A stretch of 64,000 nt of DNA from the human T2T-CHM13v2.0 reference genome, Homo sapiens, in NCBI RefSeq assembly GCF_009914755.1, contig NC_060939.1; one strand, given 5' to 3'. The notes beneath the pieces are model-generated. The model made no database searches. It was not told where the DNA came from and was given only the letters and a program-made list of their open reading frames with translations. Of this stretch, positions 54,736-64,000 are shown piece by piece. Position 1 is the first letter of the stretch; every line of letters starts with the position of its first letter. The position numbers were made by a program, and so were the translations under genes.

Positions 54736-57635
54736 GTGGTGAACACACAATAAAGCAGCTCATTGGTAAAAGGGCATGCGGTTGGCTAGAAAGATTTTGG
54801 GAGATGGGCAGATTTGATGGTGCAGAGAGAGAGGCCATTTGGCATTGTCAACCTATTTTTTTTTTTTTTTTGGTAGAATATTAACTTGGATCCTAAAAGT
54901 AGGATTGGAAAGTAGCTGCATAGACTCCTGTCATTTGTTCTTCAGAGAAACAAGCAGCTAGTACTGGCTAATGAGAATATGATCTGCACATGGCAGGTGC
55001 CAAAAGTGTGCTCTAATACAAGGCCCTTTCTTCCTTTGCAGGTGCTGGGCTACCTGACTGCTAGCAGGGACTGAGGGAGGGCATTTCTTGAAGAGTTACC
55101 CAGATCCAGCTGCTTATCTGCCCCTGGCCATGGTTTATGTTGTTGACTGATTGCACCAGCTGCTGAGAGGTGGTTTTATGTAGTGTGAGTAATTGAAACT
55201 TGGTTCTAAGTTTCCCTCTTGTCCCTTCCTGTTTAATGCAGTCAGCTGTCCTCGAATTTATTTTTTGGTGGTACTTTGAATCAGCCCCCTGTGTGAGAAT
55301 TCAACAAAAACGCAACTGATACAAAGCATCTGCACTGAGTAAGTCCGGGCAGCATTGAATCCCTCTCTCTGTGTTTTCTGTGTGGCTGTTTTTCACTTAC
55401 CTTCTCCCCTTTGGGTCTAGGTTCCTGTGGCTGGTTTGCTTTCTCCTCAGTGTTTTGGAGGACATAAAATGATAGTTCTCAGGGTTTGCAAACAGTGTGA
55501 GCCCTTCCTGCAGCTGCCGGTGGGTAGGTGGATAAAATCAGTTTTGCTGCTATTGTCCACGGGCCAGGCCCACCCCCAGGTGCCAGTGGCTGACCCCTGG
55601 CCACCTGTGCGGGAGTGTGAGTGGCTGCCTGCTGCAAGGGCCCCTGTGGCTCAGAGGAGACGGGCACACGCTATGCTCCCTTCAGAGCAGTGGTAGACAT
55701 GCTTTATTTTGGGGTTTTGAAGCCCTAGCATTTAGTGGCTCATTTTGGCCTTTTTCTTCCCCTAAGGGATTCTGTGATGTTTAATGACTCAACTCTGATT
55801 GTACTCCGGATGTTTCTTTTCCACTGATGTCAGTTTATAGAGCAGTCCTCCAGCAAATGTTTGTGTGGGCAGGAGGCAGAAAGGGAAGGAAGAGGTGAGG
55901 GGGCACTTCGGGACCCCAAGAATAGGCTTCAACTGCTGCCCCACACACCAGGGAGGCCAGGCCCTGACATTTTAATGCCCAGTGCTTTTGCTTCCAGACC
56001 CATTGGAGGGGTCTGGTTGGGGCTTGGATGAATGGGACCTGAGAGCCGTCTCCTGCAGGGCTGCTGGTTCTCTGTGAGAACTTTGGGATGCCAGGTGGGG
56101 CACCCTCATGGGGTATGGGATTATTTGTAGGTCTGGTCATTAGGGGTGGGATGTCTGGCAGATGCCTTAGAGCAAGTGTATCAAGAAGTGGGGTACAGCA
56201 CAGGACCCTGTGCCCCATCCTTCCGTGAGTCCCCTTCTGGCTTGTCTCCATAGGACTTCAGCTTAACACAGGGAGTGAGGGAGAGGGCAAGAGCATGGGC
56301 AAGAGGGAGGGTTTAGTTTTGAGCAGATAGATCCAGCTCCTAGTTTGCCTTAGACCCTGGAACACTGGCTTCTTTCATTCGGCCCTTTAGAGGAGTGGCC
56401 CAGAGTAGCCTAGCAGGGACTGAACTCTTTCGGATGGCTTCCAGAGCATTGTTCCCAAGACCCTCCCTTCTGCTGACCCTGTGACATCGGGGCAGGTGGG
56501 GAGAGAAGAGGTAGACACTATCATTCCCCCAGTCCCAGGTCCCTCCACACAGCTTATTCCTCACTTTTCCTCCCCCCGGGGGGCTGACAGAATCAAACTT
56601 GTGAAATACTGAACACTGGGGTTTTGTGGTGGGCAGTTATGTCTGTTACTAAGCACAAGGAATTTGAGCAAAGGAGGGAGAAAAATAAATATTTTTAAAG
56701 GGAACCATTGTATTCAATGGACTCCTCCTTTTTGAGGGTCTGTCGTGGGCAAAAGATTGTGGTGCCTCCTGAGAGTGATACAGAGGCAGTGAGTCCCCGA
56801 CTCTTCCTGCAGGAGTGTGTAGGTCAGCAATATTGCAGTTTCCAGGTGAGGAGAGAGGTGCTCGATGGAGGGGACGTGATGGGGAACTCAGGAAGGGGTT
56901 CCTGGAGGTGCACTTCAGCCGCGCCTTCAGCAATCTGCAGAATGTCAAAAAGCCAGTGGGAGAGGGTATTCGGGATGGGAGAGACTGAATAAACCAAGAC
57001 AAAAAGATGGTACAGCGCAGTAGGAGTCAGATAGCACAGGGGTTGGTTAAAGACTGGGGCACCGCAATGTATGGGGAGCAATGTTTTTGTTTGTTTTTTT
57101 AACCACTGGCCTAGTGTCGGTTGTGAGCTGTCTGTTGACTTTTAGAAAGAGTAACCTACACCTCGTTCCTACTCATCGACTTCTGCGGTTACCACTATGC
57201 CAGAGTGCCATTCTGGAAGGCCTCCAGCAACCCTTTGGTGGCCAAATCTCACAGTTTGTTCCCAGGTGCCCTGCTCGGGGCTGCCTGTCACTGGACACTG
57301 CTTATCATCCTCTAACACCCTCTCTCCCTTTTGCCTCTGGGACTCCATATGCCTTGATGGGCCCTTTTCCAGTCCCCTTCTGCTATCTCTCTTGACTCTG
57401 ACACACATCTCCATTCCCCAGCGTCCTGTCCTCCGAGCCAGTACCCCTTCTCTACCGCCGCCACCTGTTCCCTGTGCCTGAGCTTTACATCTTGGCCAGG
57501 TGCAGGGCGTCTGGCTGACACTTTGCTTTTGCAGACCAGTGCAGCCAGCCCTGCTCCTGGGGGTTACGAGTCTGCAGTTGCGAACCCCAGAAACCCAAAG
57601 AACTGAAATTCAGTCCACAGACATCTATTAACCTG

Positions 57636-57674
57636 CTGGGTGACAGAGTAAGACTCTTAAAAAAAAAAAAAAAA
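57636..57674 (+). mobile_element. Minimal Alu 3' tip plus poly-A
   Basis: CTGGGTGACAGAGTAAGACTCT plus A16. Imperfect TSD AACCTGCTGG / AACCTTACTGG. Confidence 0.6.
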
Positions 57675-58663
57675 GAACCTTACTGGATCAAGCCCCCAAG
57701 GGGACAAGTGACAAGTAACAGCCCTGATCGTCCGGGGAGTACCTGCTGCTTCTCCAGCCTTCCTTTTCCAAGGGCCTCTTCACTGGAAAGCTCTGAGTCA
57801 GATCTAAATATCCAAGAAGGCCAGACTTCTTTTTGTCCTTTTCTGTAATCTGAAGCTTCTCATCTCTCTCAGCCTCCTACTTCCTAGCAATTTGACAAAA
57901 GGTGAAAAGCGTTTCATCGGCTCTTCAGAGCTGCAGCAGTAGCAGCTGCAGCCTCAGCCGCACGGAAGGTGGAGGTGCTCTTGAGTGAGTCCTCCCCACC
58001 GTTTAAAATGCAGGGCTGGACCTGAGGGATTTATGTGTTCCCTGGGTGTGCGTCTTGTGCAGGCGACTTTGAATTTGACACCTCTGTCACATAGCCAGTG
58101 CCTGAAAACCCTGAAATGATTCTTGGTATTCAGAATTCACATTGGGTAGACTTAGGTAGTATTTATAGCATTCCCAAGACAAGTTATTGCCAAAGGAGGT
58201 AGTGACACTTATCAGGGCCTGTGTAGGAGACACAGAGCTGAGTAGACTCTTTCTCTGGCTAATTTTAGATTCCCAGTGTTGAGGTTGGGAATGAGGGCTT
58301 GTCACATAGTTAGTATGTTTTCAGAGGCTCTGATCTCCCTGAGACTACAAGTACAAAGGCTGTGTGGCCATTTCTGTTTCCTGGGGTTTACTCTTCCATC
58401 CGTTGTCTCACTGCACAGGTTCTCCCTGGCTCTGTCTCATTCTGCTTGCCCCATGGCAGAAAAGGGGGGCGGTTCAGGGCTCCTTGACATTCTGGCATTA
58501 GGCCACCAAGCTGTGGGATGGGGGAATTCAGGGTGGGGGAGAATTTGACAGTAGGGCATCGTGCCTCACAAGCTACTTTTTACAACCTGTGAATGCTTGA
58601 CACACTGTTTAGTTTGCCTGTGGCCCTGTCTACCCTTGGTCAAGGGGAATCTCCCTGGGGAAG

Positions 58664-59047
58664 GTATTAGCTCAGGTTGCTATTGGAAAATGCTGTGGAC
58701 TGGATGGCTTAAACAATAGAAATTTTTTCACGGTTCTGGAGGCTGGAAGTCTGAGATCAGGGTGCTAGCATGATTGGGTTCTGGTGTGGGCCTTCTTCCT
58801 GGTTTACAGGCAGCTGCCTTCTGGCTGCATCTTCACATGACAGAGCGAGAGAGGGAGAGCGTGCGAGCGTGCATGCACAGGCAGGCTCTCTGGCATCTCC
58901 TCTTAACAGGGCACTAACCTCATCATGAAGGCTCCACTGTCGTGACCTCATCTAAACCTAATTATCTCCCTAAGGCACCAGCACCATCCCCCTTGGGTTT
59001 AGGGCTTCAGCATAAGAGTTTGGAGGGACATGATTGAGTTCATAGCA
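58664..59047 (-). mobile_element. MLT1A-like LTR
   Basis: GGCTTAAACAATAGAAATT...GTTCTGGAGGCTGGAAGTCTGAGATCAGGGTG...GACCTCATCTAAACCTAATTA...CATAGCA. Confidence 0.83.
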
Positions 59048-60161
59048 GGGGTTCTTGGAGGTTTTTGAGCTGCAGATTCTTTAAAGCAGAGGCTGGTGAC
59101 TGCAGAGGAATTGGGCCCCGTCTTCCTTGGGGGTCAGACCTCCAGTGGCAGAAGTGCCTTTTCCAGTGACCCAGGGAGAGTTCTTACTGGGAGAGAGGGA
59201 CAGCGTTCTGGTGGCGAGGCAGGGAGCTGGCTGGTTTGTGTCGGGGTTTTCCACATGTCTAGATGATAAAGCCACGGCCAGCAGAGGGACTTGACAAAGG
59301 GGAGGAGTGCAAGAGGGTGCACAGGCAAAAATGCTGCACCTGCGTGGGAGCTGGTTGGCAGGCGAGGGAGTCTTGGGGGCTGGATGGAGCATGAAGTCCC
59401 ATTTTGCCCAGTTCATTGCTTGGCTTCAGGTCCCCTCTGCTGTGTCACCTCCTGCTGTGAGCACCTAGAATGGATTCCTACGGGTTTTCCTTTGTGTTGC
59501 TTGTCGTGACTTATTTACCTTGTATAATTAGCCATGTTTTGGAAGTTTGGGATGGTTTGGAAGCAACTGTGCCAGAAAACTGGAAAAAAATGTTTTTCAG
59601 TTGACAACGACATGATGGTCAGGTCTGGTCAATGGTCCCTCATCCACAGTTGTTGGGCCTTGGCGTCCCTTTCCTGGGATTCTGAAGTTTTTGTATGAGT
59701 CAACGGTAGAGCCTTTATTGCTGGTGGCTCTCAGCGCCACCTCTGCAGTGGTGTGGGCATCTCGTTGGTGGGAGTGAGGGCTTATGTAGCGATGACCAGT
59801 GGGGACAAGGCTTACTCTTGTGCCCAGGCCTTTTTTCCAGTGTCTCTCCATGCTAAGGGTCAGGCGGGGTCACTCCTCCACCCCTGCTGCCCGCCGCCTC
59901 TCCCTGATTCCTTGAGATGGGTGTTAGAAATAGTACATTTGGAATCTCTTTCACATTGGCGACTTGGCTCCTTGTGCCTTTCCAATTTCTCATTCTGAGC
60001 TGGGCTTAATGAGAGATGGCACATTGATTACTTGTTAATAAAGAGATGTTGCTGGTTGGTCATGGTTTTTCTTTGCCATTCCTGGAGTGTCTCACAAACC
60101 TCTAGGAGGGAGAGAGATTCCTCTTGAAGATACTTGATTAAGAAGTATCTTCTTGAGGGGG

Positions 60162-60385
60162 CAGCCTGGGGAACATGGCGAAACCTCGTCTCTACAGAAA
60201 AAAAAAAAAAAAAAAATTTAGCTGGGTGTCATGGTGCGCACCTATAGTCCCGGCTGCTTTGGAGGCTGAGGTGGGAGGGTCACCTGAGTCCAGGAGGTCA
60301 AGGCTACAGTGAGCCATGGTGGCACTGCTGCACTCCAACCTGGGCAACATAACGAGACTCTGTCTCAAAAAGAAAAAATAAAAAA
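60162..60385 (+). mobile_element. AluJ, 5'-truncated
   Basis: End of left arm, expanded A linker and J right arm. Confidence 0.87.
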
Positions 60386-60572
60386 CTCAAGGATGATGCA
60401 GGGCTTGAGTGCGACTCTCCTTGCATGTCCCGGCTTACTTAATCAGCATTTCTTCCTTTTTGCATCCCTCTCCTACCTCTGCCCTCCTCTCTGGTGGCTA
60501 GAAGACCTAAGGAGGGGAGGCTATTAGTGGCTAAACCTCTATTTAGGGGTCTGCTGGTTTATATGGCACTAG

Positions 60573-60897
<325 letters not shown>

Positions 60898-61856
60898 TTT
60901 TTTTTTTTTTTTTTTAAGTAAAATGGAGATCAGTTTGCTGCTCTTTCTACCTCACAGGGCAGACATGTGAATAGGATGACAAAATAAGAATGCACTTTAT
61001 TTTAAAAGGGGCTGTGTCTTATAAATCAGTAACGATACCTGTATACTATTCCTCAAGCCCTGAATGTCCTAGTAAGTAAAAAATTTATGATAGAGGAAAA
61101 TTTACTGGAGTTTGAATAGGAAAGTGTGTGCATGCCTGTGTGTATGAGTGTGTGAATGAACATGTGCAGGTGTGCTAGGCAAGTCAAGTCTGAACTTCTA
61201 TTTTTCAGGTTGACAACATCCAACCAACACTTGTTTGGGCCCTTTAGTGCAAAAGAATATGCAAGCCCTTTTGCTTGCTAACTTTGAGTTGAGTCTTAGT
61301 AGGTGTCCTGGGGCAGGCTTTGGTTGTTTTTCTTTCCTCCTGCTGAATGTGATCCTGTTCCAGGGGCTTGTTCTTTGGGTCACAGTTGGCCTGGGGCCAC
61401 TTAGTGTCTGAGGTCCTAAGCTTTGGGGTGAGCCAAAGCTTAGCCAAAGCGATTGCTTTGTTACTCATGTAGTTTTTTCCCCCTACCTCAGAGAGGATTT
61501 TCCCCTTGAATGATCAATTTTCGTGAAATAATTTAAAAGGAAGAAATTACTAGAAAGAGGCAGCGGGTGATCCACGATTGTTACTCCCCCTCTCTGATGT
61601 GATCCAGGACCTCAGCTCTGTAGGCTCTGAGCAGAGTTGCGGCTTCAGATGTCTGCCGAGGTGCTGCATCAGCCTCAGGCAGTGACAGTCCTACCACCTG
61701 TTTCCATTTAAAGCCACTAATATTTATCAGGACCTATACTTTCTAGGACTGCAAAGGTGGAAGAAGATTGCAGCAGCCAGCCATGTGTCCTAGCAGGTTT
61801 CAGCTTCGGGGTGCATTTGATGTGTTCACACCTCACCTGAATAAGTAGCCACATGG

Positions 61857-62157
61857 TTTTTTTTTTTTTTTTTCCCTTGAGATGGAGTTTTGCTCTTGTT
61901 GCCCAGGCTGGAGTGCAATGGCATGATCTCAGCTCACCGCAACCTCCGCCTCCAGGTTCAAGCAATTCTCCTGCCTCAGCCTCCCTAGTAGCTGGGATTA
62001 CAGGCATGTGCCACCACGCCTGGCTACTTTGTATTTTTAGTAGAGACGGGGTTTCTCCATGTTGGTCAGGCTGGTCTCAAACTCCCAACCTCAGGTGATC
62101 CACCCGCCTCGGCCTCCCAAAGTGCTGGGATTACAGGTGTGAGCCACCGTGCCCGGC
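61857..62157 (-). mobile_element. AluSp-like
   Basis: GCTCACCGCAACC, TTTCTCCATGTTGGTCAGG and CTCCCAACCTCAGG. TSD TAGCCACRTGGT. Confidence 0.92.
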
Positions 62158-62319
62158 ACTAGCCACGTGGTCTTGTACGAAGAGGCAGGTGTTGTGTGCC
62201 ACTCATCCAAGGGAAGCTCTATGTCAGGTGCCAGTCCTCATGATGGACAGGAATCTTTAGCTGGCTTTATTAAGAAAAATAAGAATTCCATGTTTATTTC
62301 AGATAATGTTTTCTCTCTT

Positions 62320-63130
<811 letters not shown>

Positions 63131-63159
63131 AGATGTGTTTGCTTTGCTTTTCCTAGTGC

Positions 63160-63500
63160 ATTCATTTATTGAGTAAATAGTTACTGAGCATCACTGCGGG
63201 CCAGGCTCTGGCTCAGGCCCTAGGGGTGAGAGCAGAAATAAGACAAGCAAGGTGTGTTAGAGGGAGAGGAGCAGTTGTTTTGGATGGTCTCTAAAGAGTC
63301 GACATTTCAGCGAGGGCTTGAAGGATGAGAGCAAGGCCAACAGGTAAAAGGCGCCTACTCCATGCGAGGGGAAGAGCATGCACAGGAGCACTCACAGAAA
63401 TTGCTGGTGGCTCAAGAGTGGCCTGGTGAGCGCAGAGTGACCAGCTGTTGGCTAGACCCTATCCAAGCTGAGGAAGTCATGGCCTGGGACATTTAACTTC
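63160..63500 (-). mobile_element. L2 fragment
   Basis: CATTCATTTATTGAGTAAATAGTTACTGAGCA...CTTGAAGGATGAG. Confidence 0.6.
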
Positions 63501-63550
63501 TCATTGTTGGAGTCAGGAGGAAGGGCTGTATCTGTCTGTACTTTTAACTA

Positions 63551-63877
63551 GGCTGGGCGTGGTGGCTCACGCCTGTAATCCCAGCACTTTGGGAGGCTGA
63601 GGCAGGTGGATCACGAGACCAGCCTGGCCGATATGGTGAAACCCCGTCTCTACTAAAAATACAAAATACAAAATACAAAAATTAGCCGGGCGTGGTGGCG
63701 GGTGCCTGTAGTCCCAGCTACTTGGGGGCTGAGGCAGGAGAATTGCTTGAACCCGGGAGGCGGAGGTTGCAGTGAGCCGAGATTGCGCCACTGCGCTGCA
63801 GCCTGGGTGACAAAGCAAGACTCTGTCTCAAAAACATAAATAAATAAACATAAAAAATCAATAAATAAAAATAATAA
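63551..63877 (+). mobile_element. AluS with a left-arm deletion and a (AAAATAC)x3 linker
   Basis: GGATCACGAGACCAGCC junction and tandem linker expansion. Confidence 0.92.
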
Positions 63878-64000
63878 ACTAAATGATGGAAGAAGGAGCA
63901 CCAGTGTGGGCTGCTTCACAGAAGCCCCCAGGAGAGGACCAGGAAACATGTACTTTGCTTTGTGCTGTCCACAGTTGGCCCCCTGCCTGGGTCTTCTGAA

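Overview
Primate, very probably human, non-coding genomic DNA. Roughly half of it, estimated by eye, is interspersed repeat. It holds about 40 Alu/FLAM copies or fragments (J, S and Y classes), a near-complete THE1 MaLR element at the left edge, and solo ERV LTRs (MER41-like, LTR7/HERV-H, PABL-like, MER21, MER89/90-like). It also holds several MLT1/MST LTRs, L1 3' fragments, L2/MIR relics and many hAT MITEs (MER5, MER20, MER33, MER53). I recognise no protein-coding exon, tRNA, rRNA or CpG-island promoter. The supplied ORFs are Alu/L1/LTR-derived or chance open frames. Apparent G/T richness of the + strand and mostly minus-oriented L1s and LTRs suggest a large intron of a + strand gene, which I cannot name. 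The most notable items are an 85-nt near-perfect hairpin in apparently unique sequence (8702-8786), solo LTRs with readable TSDs (LTR7 in MER33, PABL in an AluS, MER41 in MLT1), a probable tandem-duplicated Alu with an exact 300-bp period, three ultra-short Alu insertions, an inverted MER21 arrangement and a possible degenerate C1-domain-like exon. I found no convincing new biological system. Repeat subfamily names come from recalled consensus sequences, and boundaries without TSDs are approximate.
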